Positions 1-8,540 of a stretch of 35,175 bases of DNA are shown one piece after another. The notes beneath the pieces were generated by a model. The model saw nothing but the letters and a program-made list of their open reading frames with translations. It was not told where the DNA came from and ran no database searches. Made by a program: the position numbers and the translations under genes. Source of the DNA: Myxococcota bacterium (GTDB lineage Bacteria; Myxococcota; XYA12-FULL-58-9; JABJBS01); NCBI GenBank assembly GCA_036339465.1, contig JAYZAY010000079.1:1-35175 (forward strand), written 5' to 3'. Positions within the stretch are counted from its first letter, which is position 1. Every line of letters begins with the position of its first letter.

Positions 1-1
1 G

Positions 2-478
2 GCGGGGCTCAAGGGGGAAAATACTGCGGCGTCTCCGACGACGGCTACTTTCAGTGGTACTTATAAGGTTCTTCGTGACGTGGGGATTAAGTTGACTGCA
101 ACTGGCAGTTTGAGCATCGATGAGGGGATCTTCAAGGAGAAAGTAGCTGCGAATATTGATGATTTTAAGAAGCTTTTTGTTTCGCATACCCTTACTTCCG
201 GTGGAAATGACTACACCGTGAAATCTATTTGCGAACAAATGCAAAATGTTGCTTCAAAATATACAGATATTGTCGATGGTTTATTGACGGCGAAAATCGA
301 CGGGATTTCTAAGCAAACTAGAATGATCGATGATGACATCGCGGATATGCAAAGGGACTTGGTGAGTTACCAAAAAGGTTTAGAGAAAAAATTTACCCGG
401 ATGGAAACAACCATGTCAGAATTGAATTCGCAAAGTGCGTACTTAATGCAACTTGCGATGATGCCAACAGGGCAGTAG
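2..478 (+). CDS. fliD: Flagellar filament cap protein FliD, C-terminal part (5'-truncated by window edge)
   Basis: Frame open from position 2. C-terminus 'GLLTAKIDGISKQ...LEKKFTRMETTMSELNSQSAYL' matches the FliD C-terminal coiled coil. Directly upstream of fliS. Confidence 0.9.
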   Translation, partial: AGLKGENTAASPTTATFSGTYKVLRDVGIKLTATGSLSIDEGIFKEKVAANIDDFKKLFVSHTLTSGGNDYTVKSICEQMQNVASKYTDIVDGLLTAKIDGISKQTRMIDDDIADMQRDLVSYQKGLEKKFTRMETTMSELNSQSAYLMQLAMMPTGQ

Positions 479-489
479 GAGGGTTCGAA

Positions 490-900
490 ATGTACAGAAG
501 TAATGTCGGTCGTTACAAGCAGAATAAGGTGGTGCTGTCGACTCCAGAGGAGATCCTTATTGCACTCTATGACGGGGCAATTAAGTTTTCCAAACAAGCT
601 AGAGTGGCCATTGATAGCGGTGATACTGCCACAAAGGGGCAGAAGCTGGGGGGGGTGATGGCAATTCTAACGGAGCTTTCAGCGACGCTTGAGCATTCTC
701 GTGCGCCTGAGCTTTGTGAGAACCTCGCTCGGCTTTATGACTATATGATCGACCGTCTCCAGACGGCTGGGCTGAGAATGGATATAGAGCCTTTGGATGA
801 GGTCATTGGCCACCTTGAAAAATTACGTGCTACCTGGGTAGAAGCCATTGAGATCGCAGCTCGTGAGCGCAAGGGCGAGCAGGCTGTCAATGTCGGCTAA
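490..900 (+). CDS. fliS: Flagellar export chaperone FliS
   Basis: 'YKQNKVVLSTPEEILIALYDGAIKF' and 'NLARLYDYM...LRATW' are FliS motifs. SD GGAGG upstream. Confidence 0.95.
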   Translation: MYRSNVGRYKQNKVVLSTPEEILIALYDGAIKFSKQARVAIDSGDTATKGQKLGGVMAILTELSATLEHSRAPELCENLARLYDYMIDRLQTAGLRMDIEPLDEVIGHLEKLRATWVEAIEIAARERKGEQAVNVG

Positions 901-1243
901 AGCCGAACTTAAGCAATTCCTCGGCCTTCTTTGTAGTTCTACACCGAGTTTTGAGGCCGGTTTTGAGGCTTGGGAGTCATACTCGCAGAAGAGGGCCGAA
1001 TGGACGGAAGCTATTCGGCGGCTGATGATGCGTGTTGATCCTCTTGATGCAAAAGAGTTGCTGTTTGAATATCAGAGTAGGCTCTTAGGGCACGTGGCTG
1101 ATGTCAATGGTGGCGTCGAGGTTATTCGATGCCAATACTCGAAGAACAAGGAAGATTTGAACCGAGCAAAAGATTCCCACCGAAGGTTGGCGCAGAGAAT
1201 TCGGCCAGAGCAGCGTATCTCTACCATGGTGCGAATAGGCTAG
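890..1243 (+). CDS. Small helical protein, positional FliT-like chaperone
   Basis: ATG at 890 overlaps the fliS end. 117 aa, predicted helical. Position matches the usual fliD-fliS-fliT order, but there is no diagnostic motif. Confidence 0.5.
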   Translation: MSAKAELKQFLGLLCSSTPSFEAGFEAWESYSQKRAEWTEAIRRLMMRVDPLDAKELLFEYQSRLLGHVADVNGGVEVIRCQYSKNKEDLNRAKDSHRRLAQRIRPEQRISTMVRIG

Positions 1244-1320
1244 GAGCGTTGATGGATCAGGTTTGGTGCATCATGAGTGGCGAGATGGTGTGCGTGAAAT
1301 GATGCGATTGCGTCTCACAC

Positions 1321-2169
1321 CTACTTACGGTTTGGTGTCAGGATTTCCTCTATAAATGAAAAGGCTCTGCTGGCGTCTATGGGCCAGTATCTATTTGCCG
1401 GGTTTCGTTGCAATCCTTTCGTAAAATGACTGGGGCAGGGATTGATTTCGAGAATGGGAATCCCATTTCTTTGAGCTATTTGAAATAGCTGTTGTGGCAG
1501 TGACGTCGCGCCGGAGGTGCCGGCAATGATGAGTAAATCGGACATGGAGGCGAAGTTAACTGCGGATTGAGATCGGTAGATTTTTTCGTCATAAAATTCG
1601 TCGAACCATAAAACGTTGGGCCGATGCGAGGGAGTGCCCGTGGATGCGAAAATAGTTGACGCAAGAGCCTCTTTAATGGAAATCGAGGTCTCGTAAAAAA
1701 TATTGGGGACAAGTGTCCGCTCTTTTGTATCATGTCCGGCCTTCAGGGCTCGCATGTAACCGATATTTCCATGGATCTCATAAAGGGAAGTGGTAGGTGA
1801 GCCAGCTCGGATATGGAGACCGTCAACGTTTTGGGAGATCAAAGCGAAGTATTTTGCGCCCATCCTTTGCCCCATGCGGGCCAGTGACTTGTGCGCTGGA
1901 TTTATCGGGGCGGCGGCGCAGATCCGGAGGCGGTGCAGATACCAGGACCAGACTTCCAGCGGGTTTGATGAGAATTTTGCCAGGGTTGCCATTTCCATGG
2001 GGGAGTAGCTTGCGGAACCGATGGTCCAGTATCCCTCCGGGCCCCTGAAGGTTGGGATCCCACTTTCTGCTGAAACTCCGGCGCCTCCTACAACTGTTAT
2101 GCTTGGCTTGTCGTTAGAAAGCGACTGAAGCATCGTGAAGAATTCGTCGTGGTAATTTTGATTGGTCAT
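1321..2169 (-). CDS. cobB: NAD-dependent protein deacylase, sirtuin (CobB-like, class III)
   Basis: GAGVSAESGIPTFRG, QNVDGLH, HG, RPNVLWFDE and GTSG motifs. YxxR (WYLHR) is the acidic-acyl specificity motif. Start could extend to 2220. Confidence 0.9.
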   Translation of the reverse strand: MTNQNYHDEFFTMLQSLSNDKPSITVVGGAGVSAESGIPTFRGPEGYWTIGSASYSPMEMATLAKFSSNPLEVWSWYLHRLRICAAAPINPAHKSLARMGQRMGAKYFALISQNVDGLHIRAGSPTTSLYEIHGNIGYMRALKAGHDTKERTLVPNIFYETSISIKEALASTIFASTGTPSHRPNVLWFDEFYDEKIYRSQSAVNFASMSDLLIIAGTSGATSLPQQLFQIAQRNGIPILEINPCPSHFTKGLQRNPANRYWPIDASRAFSFIEEILTPNRK

Positions 2170-2247
2170 TGGGGTCAGTGTTAAAGGCAAGATGATAGAC
2201 GGATCAAGTTTTGGCAGCATTTGTTAGGGGAGTAGTTAGGAGAGCCA

Positions 2248-2874
2248 ATGCGAGAAGATGAGATGGTGATCGATTTCGGGTTTAGGCGCCGCGAGGGGGC
2301 CTGTTCTCGTTGTGGTTTTAAGATGGGGCTCTGTTTTTGTCGCGAGCTTCTGAGTGTTACGATACCTCTCCAGGTCGTTTTTGTTTGTCATCGGAACGAA
2401 CAGGGAAGGCAATCGAATTCCGCCAGGGTTTTTGCGGGCTGTGTTCCTGGGGCAGAAATTCACTGGTGGGGTCGTCAAGAAAGGCCCTTGCCGCAGGATT
2501 GGCTGGGGGAGCTTCAGGATCGACGTCTTGGGGTCCTCTTTCCCGACGAGCATGCAATGCCGATTCATCAATTGTCTCGGTTGGAGCGACCGGAGACGCT
2601 TGTTGTTCTAGATGGGAGCTGGCGACAATGTAAGAGTATGGTGCGACGAATCCCAGGGATTGATGGCCTTCCGAAACTCAGGTTGAGTCGTGACTATCTG
2701 CCCTCTGATTCGCTGCGACGGTCGCCAGGAAGGGGGCTCCTATCTACCTTTGAAGCTACGTGTTATGCTCTTGAGGAATTGCTGGAGACGCAATTTCCTG
2801 AGTTACATCGAGTTTGGGGGCGATTTGTGGGGCGATCTAGGGAACAGCGGCTTGGACGTGTTCAGGGCTCTTGA
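2248..2874 (+). CDS. DTW-domain protein, tRNA-uridine aminocarboxypropyltransferase (TapT/YfiP-like)
   Basis: N-terminal CSRC...CFC, H-x2-E, VLFP, LVVLDGSW (DTW variant) and LSTFEA. Start may be 2263. Confidence 0.85.
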   Translation: MREDEMVIDFGFRRREGACSRCGFKMGLCFCRELLSVTIPLQVVFVCHRNEQGRQSNSARVFAGCVPGAEIHWWGRQERPLPQDWLGELQDRRLGVLFPDEHAMPIHQLSRLERPETLVVLDGSWRQCKSMVRRIPGIDGLPKLRLSRDYLPSDSLRRSPGRGLLSTFEATCYALEELLETQFPELHRVWGRFVGRSREQRLGRVQGS

Positions 2875-2939
2875 ATTTCAAAGTATTTGGGCGCATGTTG
2901 TAGCCACTCGTGTGAGGGCACATATGGATAGGAGTTGTT

Positions 2940-3455
2940 ATGGAAGCCATTATTCGTTTGATTAAGGATGTTCCTGATTTCCCAAAAAAGGGAATTGTCT
3001 TTAAGGATATTACGCCGGTTTTAGAGGAGCCTTCCGCCTATCAGTTGTTGATGAAGACCTGGGCTGATCGTTATCGAGATTCTCCGGTAACGCACTTTGT
3101 TGGAGTTGAATCCCGTGGTTTTCTTTTTGCTTCGGTGCTGGCGTATGAATTAGGCAAAGGCTTTGTTCTGGCCCGTAAACCAGGCAAATTGCCTCGAGAC
3201 ACGATTTCGGCTTCCTACGCTCTTGAATACGGAGAGGATTCCCTTGAAATGCATCGTGATTCATTGGATGCCAACGCCCAAGTTGTGATTGTGGATGATT
3301 TGATTGCCACAGGTGGTACCGCGAAGGCTGTGGCAGACATGGTTTGCGAGCTTGGAGCCAAGGTATATGAAATCGCCGCAGTTATTGAACTGGGTTTCTT
3401 GGACGGGCGAAAAGTGTTGGAGCCTCTCGATGTTTACTCTTTCATTTCATATTAG
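2940..3455 (+). CDS. apt: Adenine phosphoribosyltransferase
   Basis: DFPKKGIVFKDITP, ESRGF, RKPGKLP, YALEYG and the PRPP motif VVIVDDLIATGGT. Confidence 0.97.
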   Translation: MEAIIRLIKDVPDFPKKGIVFKDITPVLEEPSAYQLLMKTWADRYRDSPVTHFVGVESRGFLFASVLAYELGKGFVLARKPGKLPRDTISASYALEYGEDSLEMHRDSLDANAQVVIVDDLIATGGTAKAVADMVCELGAKVYEIAAVIELGFLDGRKVLEPLDVYSFISY

Positions 3456-3469
3456 TGGGATTAAAGTGG

Positions 3470-3499
3470 TTGACCAAGGGATGGTTTTTGCCTTAATAG
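3470..3499 (+). promoter_or_regulatory. Candidate sigma70-type promoter for tRNA-Arg/ihfB
   Basis: TTGACC-N18-TAATAG upstream of the tRNA. Confidence 0.4.
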
Positions 3500-3536
3500 A
3501 CAGAAAAATGCAGTGATTTTAGGTGATTGCTCTTGC

Positions 3537-3609
3537 GCCCCCGTAGCTCAGTAGGATAGAGCTGGGGATTCCTAATCCCTGTGCACAGGTTCGATTCCTG
3601 TCGGGGGCG
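3537..3609 (+). tRNA. tRNA-Arg(CCT)
   Basis: Acceptor stem GCCCCCG/CGGGGGC; D arm GCTC-AGTAGGATA-GAGC (A20 Arg identity element); anticodon arm GGGGA-TT[CCT]AA-TCCCT; T arm ACAGG-TTCGATT-CCTGT. No encoded CCA. Confidence 0.95.
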
Positions 3610-3680
3610 CCGCGTAAGACGGTGTGGGTGTGGGCGGAGTTGTCTGTGGATTAGAAAACACTAAAGTAGGGTGATGAAAA

Positions 3681-3971
3681 GTGAACAAGTCCGATCTTAT
3701 TGAAGTTTTGTCTATGGAATCCGGACTGGACCGGAAAACCATTGACGCGGTGGTAAACGTAGTTTTTTCCAGTATGACCGATGCGTTGGTTAAGGGCGAT
3801 CGAGTCGAAATTCGGGGCTTTGGAAGCTTCGCCTGTAAAGAATATGAGGCCAGGCATGGTCGAAACCCGAAGACGGGCGCTCCGATCCATGTTCCCGCCA
3901 AGAAGCTGCCCGTATTTAAAGTGGGTAAAGAGCTCAGAGAGCGTGTGAATGCTGGCGGTAGCGGTAGCTAA
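3681..3971 (+). CDS. ihfB: Integration host factor beta / HU-family DNA-binding protein
   Basis: MNKSDLIE, GDRVEIRGFGSF, GRNPKTG and PVFKVGKELRERVN. Confidence 0.88.
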   Translation: MNKSDLIEVLSMESGLDRKTIDAVVNVVFSSMTDALVKGDRVEIRGFGSFACKEYEARHGRNPKTGAPIHVPAKKLPVFKVGKELRERVNAGGSGS

Positions 3972-4492
3972 TTCGTCCAAAGATCAAATTGGTACCGCAT
4001 GGTTAGCGTACCTTGAATCGTGCTGATAAAGCTCGTGTCCTCAGATAAGGTGGTGCCTATTTGGCTGACGAACGTGCTGCCGATCAGCCATTTTGGGTGC
4101 AAATAGTATTCTATTCCGGCACCGAGAGCAGCAGCGAGGTAGGCGGCCGAGTCATCAGTGAATCGGCCGCCTGTGGCCAATCCGGCTATGGCGAATGGAC
4201 TCCAGCCTGAGATTAATCCCGTAAACCGGTAGGTCGTGGAAGCTCGAAAATTTAGATTTCGGTACTCGCCCAGCAAGACCTCACAATCGAGAGCGACTGC
4301 CCAGGTTGGGTCTAGCGTATAATCGGTTCCGATTCCGAGGGTGAAATGTCCTGTGGTGACACCGCCAAAATGGCCCGCCCCGCCGGTTGTGACTTGCATC
4401 GACGAAGAGCCTGGGGTCCGAATACGGGCTTCACTGGAATTTCCGACGAGCAGCGGCCCTAATAGACAACAGAGAATCATGTAGGGCTTCAT
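3968..4492 (-). CDS. Small outer-membrane beta-barrel protein
   Basis: Signal peptide; alternating-hydrophobic Gly/aromatic strands (LGIGTDY, LGAGIEYY); last strand TLTMRYQF. Stop overlaps the ihfB stop. Confidence 0.65.
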   Translation of the reverse strand: MKPYMILCCLLGPLLVGNSSEARIRTPGSSSMQVTTGGAGHFGGVTTGHFTLGIGTDYTLDPTWAVALDCEVLLGEYRNLNFRASTTYRFTGLISGWSPFAIAGLATGGRFTDDSAAYLAAALGAGIEYYLHPKWLIGSTFVSQIGTTLSEDTSFISTIQGTLTMRYQFDLWTN

Positions 4493-4638
4493 GTTTAAAG
4501 CGTTACCACGGCGATTCCGAAAACACCAAAAACCGGCGAATACCCTAAGGGAGCTGAAGTAAAACCTCTTTTTCTAACTCCCCAAGGTTAAAAGAGTTTT
4601 TGATTGACATCGGTGTGCTCTGGTGGTTACGGGGCCCC

Positions 4639-5769
4639 ATGTATTTGGATTACAACGCCACGGCGCCGATTCGGCCTTCTGTATTGGGAACTATGGAGGA
4701 TATCGTTCTCGAATTACGTAACCCAATGAGTCTTCATCGTGGCGGGCGAAAATCTCGAGTGTTATTAGACCAGGCTCGTGAGACCATCCTTGAGTGTCTT
4801 GGCTTGCCGAAAGGAGAGGTCATTTGGACCTCTAGCGGAACGGAATCGGATTATTTGGCAATCAAGGGATTGGCACGGTTGTCTCGGTTTCGAAATCCGA
4901 AAGCCACTGAGATCTGGGTCTCCTCGTTTGAGCACCCGGCGGTAATGGCTTGTGCGCAATCCTTGTCTAAGGAAGGGTTTGAAGTCCATGTTATTCCGAC
5001 TGGGTTGGGACATTGCTTGGATTTTGATTGGGTCTCTGCGCGTCTAAGTGAAAAGGTCGCGGTGATTAGCGTGATGATGGCTCACAACGAAACAGGCGTC
5101 TTGTTACCTGTGGAGGAATTAACGGCGTTAGCTCAGCCATTGGGCGTGCCAGTACACACCGACGCTGTTCAAGCTGTGGGCAAGGTGCCGGTCTCTTTCG
5201 CCGACTTGGGTGTGGATGCATTGTCTATTGCGGCTCATAAGTTTGGTGGGCCACGGGGGATTGGAGCGGTTTTGGTGCCGAAGGGAATCCGGTTGGAGCC
5301 AATTTGGCGGGGGGGGGCACAAGAGGATGGGATGCGGCCAGGGACCCACGCACTTCCCTTGGTGATTGGTATGACGCATGCGTTGAAGGAAGCTTTGACT
5401 GAGATGGAGTTGGGTTATTCGGATGTTCGCGGGCAATTTGAAGAAAAGATTCGAGGGATCGATGGAATTCAGATTATTGGCGAGAGTTTTGAACGTTTGC
5501 CGAATACTTCACTGGTGGGGAGTGAGAATGCTGTAGGGGGGGATTTGATTGGGGCGCTAAATCATCGAGGAGTTTCAGTCAGTGGCGGCTCTGCGTGTCA
5601 TGGACATTTACAGGGTCAGGCTGGTTGGCTTAGCGCTTTTACTGCTGCTTGTTTTTCGAATGTTGGAAGGCTCAGGTTTTCTTTTGACCCGAGTGATAGG
5701 CAGTTGTCTCCAGCGGTTTTAGCGCGGCATTTAATACGGGCCATTGAGCAAGTGAGGAGTCAGGGATGA
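4639..5769 (+). CDS. iscS: Cysteine desulfurase (IscS/NifS group I)
   Basis: YLDYNAT, HNETG, HTDAVQ, PLP lysine AHKFGGP and catalytic SGGSACH. Coupled to mnmA by an ATGA overlap. Confidence 0.9.
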   Translation: MYLDYNATAPIRPSVLGTMEDIVLELRNPMSLHRGGRKSRVLLDQARETILECLGLPKGEVIWTSSGTESDYLAIKGLARLSRFRNPKATEIWVSSFEHPAVMACAQSLSKEGFEVHVIPTGLGHCLDFDWVSARLSEKVAVISVMMAHNETGVLLPVEELTALAQPLGVPVHTDAVQAVGKVPVSFADLGVDALSIAAHKFGGPRGIGAVLVPKGIRLEPIWRGGAQEDGMRPGTHALPLVIGMTHALKEALTEMELGYSDVRGQFEEKIRGIDGIQIIGESFERLPNTSLVGSENAVGGDLIGALNHRGVSVSGGSACHGHLQGQAGWLSAFTAACFSNVGRLRFSFDPSDRQLSPAVLARHLIRAIEQVRSQG

Positions 5770-6884
5770 GGGTGGTCGTGGCTATGAGCGGAGGCGTCGA
5801 CTCTTCTGTTGCCGCTGGGCTTATGAAAGAAGCAGGGCATGACGTTATCGGTTTGGCCATGAAGACCCATGGGATGGAACCGAAGGCCAATAGAGCCTGC
5901 TGTACACCCGACGACATGCGGGACGCCCGGACGGTTGCGGATATCCTTGATGTGCCCTTCTATCTATTACCGTACGAAAATGTTTTCGCGGAAGCCGTGA
6001 TTCGGCCTTTTGCGGAGGCTTATCTCATGGGTCGCACGCCAAATCCCTGCATTGAATGCAACGATAAAGTGAAGTTCAAGCCGCTATTAGAAAGAGCGAA
6101 AATGTTGGGGGCTGATGTTCTGGTGACAGGACATTATGCTCAAATCAGCACGGATCAGGGCAGACGGTATTTGAGGCGAGGGAGCGACCAAAATAAAGAC
6201 CAGTCTTATTTCTTGTACCGACTTTCCCAAGACCAACTGGCACGTCTCGAATTTCCGGTAGGGGCGATGTGTAAAGATGAAGTTCGCGAACATGCCAGCA
6301 GACTTGGTCTGCCCGTTGTGGCAAACAAACATGAGAGCCAAGAGATTTGCTTTGTGGGATCCCGTGGCTACGCAGCGACGGTTGAAGAGATCTTGGGGCA
6401 TGGTGGCCTATCGGGGAATTTTGTAAATGCCGCCGGTGAGGTCCTTGGCAAACATTCAGGTATTCATCACTATACATTGGGGCAGCGCCGTGGTCTTGGT
6501 CTTTCAGCCTCGGAGCCTCTTTATGTGCTGTCCATTGATGCTCAGACTGGTGATGTCTTAGTGGGGCCAGCTTCTCAACTTTCGGTGCGATTTGTAGATG
6601 TTGATGGTTTAACGTGGGCCGGGGACATTCCTGAATCAGGTTGCGTGTTTTTATTGCAGCAACGGTATCGCAGTAAGCCCTTTGAGGTTCGACTCGAGTG
6701 GCGGACTCACGAGAGACTGCGCTTGCACTTTTTGGAAGAGCGGGCGCCAGGGGCGCCAGGGCAGGCTGCAGTTTTGTATTGTGAAGAAAGGGTGGTTGGT
6801 GGTGGTGTTATTTGCGGGGATGAACGCTCAGTTGTATCCGAAGTAGCAAGTAATCGGCTTCCGATTGTGAATCAGCAGGTCTGA
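5766..6884 (+). CDS. mnmA: tRNA 2-thiouridylase MnmA
   Basis: SGGVDS, TPNPCIECN, TGHYA, KDQSYFL, ESQEICF, TLGQRRGLG and PGQAAVLY. Confidence 0.97.
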   Translation: MRVVVAMSGGVDSSVAAGLMKEAGHDVIGLAMKTHGMEPKANRACCTPDDMRDARTVADILDVPFYLLPYENVFAEAVIRPFAEAYLMGRTPNPCIECNDKVKFKPLLERAKMLGADVLVTGHYAQISTDQGRRYLRRGSDQNKDQSYFLYRLSQDQLARLEFPVGAMCKDEVREHASRLGLPVVANKHESQEICFVGSRGYAATVEEILGHGGLSGNFVNAAGEVLGKHSGIHHYTLGQRRGLGLSASEPLYVLSIDAQTGDVLVGPASQLSVRFVDVDGLTWAGDIPESGCVFLLQQRYRSKPFEVRLEWRTHERLRLHFLEERAPGAPGQAAVLYCEERVVGGGVICGDERSVVSEVASNRLPIVNQQV

Positions 6885-6893
6885 GGGAACACG

Positions 6894-7580
6894 ATGAGTA
6901 ACTCTTTAAAGTGCACGGATATTCAAGATTTACTAGGGTACCAGTTTACGACTGTTGCCTTCCTAGAAGAGAGCTTGACGCATTCGACCTATTCAAACGA
7001 ACATCCGGTTATTCCGCACCAGAGCAATGAACGGCTGGAATTTCTTGGGGATGCTGTGTTGAATTTACTGGCAGCAGAAACATTGCTTCGTTTATTTCCT
7101 GAAATGTCCGAAGGTCGAATGAGTCAAAAGCGTACGAAGCTTATCTCCAATAAAGCGCTTGGTCGCTTGGCGTTAGATATTGATATTGGAAACTATTTAC
7201 GACTTGGAAAAGGTCAGGCGTCCGAAACCGGTGAGGTCCCCAATTCCATCCTGGCCGATTGTGTGGAAGCGATTGCCGGTGCTATCTATCTTGATGGTGG
7301 CATGGGAGCGGTTCAGAGTGCTTTCAGAGAACGCTTTGAAGATGCCGCCAATGCTCTAACGGACCATTTAGACCATAAGTCAGCATTACAGCAGACGTGT
7401 CATCGGCTTGGATTGGCGCCTCCTCGTTACGAGATTATCGAGCAACGCGGTTTTTCCCATGATCCTGAATTTGTTTGTGTGGTGATGGTTGGCGAGTTAC
7501 ACCGGGCGCGTGCGTTGGGCCGGAGCAAGTCTCAGTCTCAGCAGGCAGCAGCGGAAAAGATACTGGATATTTTAAAGTGA
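6894..7580 (+). CDS. rnc: Ribonuclease III
   Basis: NERLEFLGDAVL signature, ADCVEAIAGAIYLD and a C-terminal dsRBD. Confidence 0.96.
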   Translation: MSNSLKCTDIQDLLGYQFTTVAFLEESLTHSTYSNEHPVIPHQSNERLEFLGDAVLNLLAAETLLRLFPEMSEGRMSQKRTKLISNKALGRLALDIDIGNYLRLGKGQASETGEVPNSILADCVEAIAGAIYLDGGMGAVQSAFRERFEDAANALTDHLDHKSALQQTCHRLGLAPPRYEIIEQRGFSHDPEFVCVVMVGELHRARALGRSKSQSQQAAAEKILDILK

Positions 7581-7595
7581 GAATTTGAAAGAGAT

Positions 7596-8540
7596 ATGAC
7601 AGATAACCAAAAAGAAGATTTCAAGTGTGGTTTTGTGGCGCTTCTAGGCAAGCCGAATGCAGGTAAGTCTACTTTACTCAATCGGGTGATTGGGGAAAAA
7701 ATTTCGATTGTGACGCCCAAGCCTCAAACCACTAGGCACCGTATCCACGGTATCCTCAATCACGATGCTGCGCAGATAGTCGTTGTTGATACACCGGGAT
7801 TTTGTGGGGGAGAGTCGTCCATGAAGAAGGTCCTTCGGAGGGTGGCCGGAACCAGTGCAGTTGATGCAGATATCACCGTTTTGATGGTCGAACTAAAAAA
7901 GAATATGCTAAAAACTTTTGACGAACTCGAAAGGGAAATCAGAGGAAAGGCGGAAGAGGCAAACGCGAAGTTGATTGTCGCGTTGAATAAAGTGGACCGG
8001 ATGGATGATAAAAGGGAAGTTTTGCCATGGATCGAACGCTATTCAAAGGAACTTCCTGTTGTGGCCATCGTGCCTATCTCAGCTAAGACAGGAGACGGTG
8101 TGGATTCACTTTTAGAGGTAGTGCTAGATGCTCTACCAAAGAGTCCACCGGTTTTTCCTCTAGACTTACATACAGATCAAGCCGAGCGTTTTATGTGTGA
8201 AGAACTTGTTCGCGAACAAGTTCTTTTACAGACCCACCAAGAGGTTCCCCATAGTGCTGCGGTAATTCTCGATGCATTTGATGATGAACGAAGGGAGGGT
8301 GGTGGCTTGTGTCGACTAAATGGTCGAATTATTCTTGAAAAGGAATCCCAGAAAGGGATCTTGGTTGGGAAGCAGGGGGCACGTATCAAAGAGATAAATA
8401 CCAAGGCGCGAAAAAGCATTGAGGAATTACTTGGGTGTAAAGTTTTTTTACAGATGATAGTGGTGGTGGATGATTCGTGGACCAAAAATGCCCGTTCAGT
8501 GAGAAAATACCGAATTGGGGAAGAATTGGATGGACAATAA
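7596..8540 (+). CDS. era: GTPase Era
   Basis: GKPNAGKST, PQTTR, DTPG, NKVD and KH-domain ILVGKQG. Confidence 0.96.
   Translation: MTDNQKEDFKCGFVALLGKPNAGKSTLLNRVIGEKISIVTPKPQTTRHRIHGILNHDAAQIVVVDTPGFCGGESSMKKVLRRVAGTSAVDADITVLMVELKKNMLKTFDELEREIRGKAEEANAKLIVALNKVDRMDDKREVLPWIERYSKELPVVAIVPISAKTGDGVDSLLEVVLDALPKSPPVFPLDLHTDQAERFMCEELVREQVLLQTHQEVPHSAAVILDAFDDERREGGGLCRLNGRIILEKESQKGILVGKQGARIKEINTKARKSIEELLGCKVFLQMIVVVDDSWTKNARSVRKYRIGEELDGQ

Noticed and set aside
2608..2622. DGSW instead of DGTW in the DTW protein as loss of function
   Set aside because: Conservative Thr-to-Ser change with the other family motifs intact.
3537..4492. tRNA-Arg as integration site of a genomic island
   Set aside because: No integrase nearby, no duplicated tRNA 3' end seen, and housekeeping genes follow directly.
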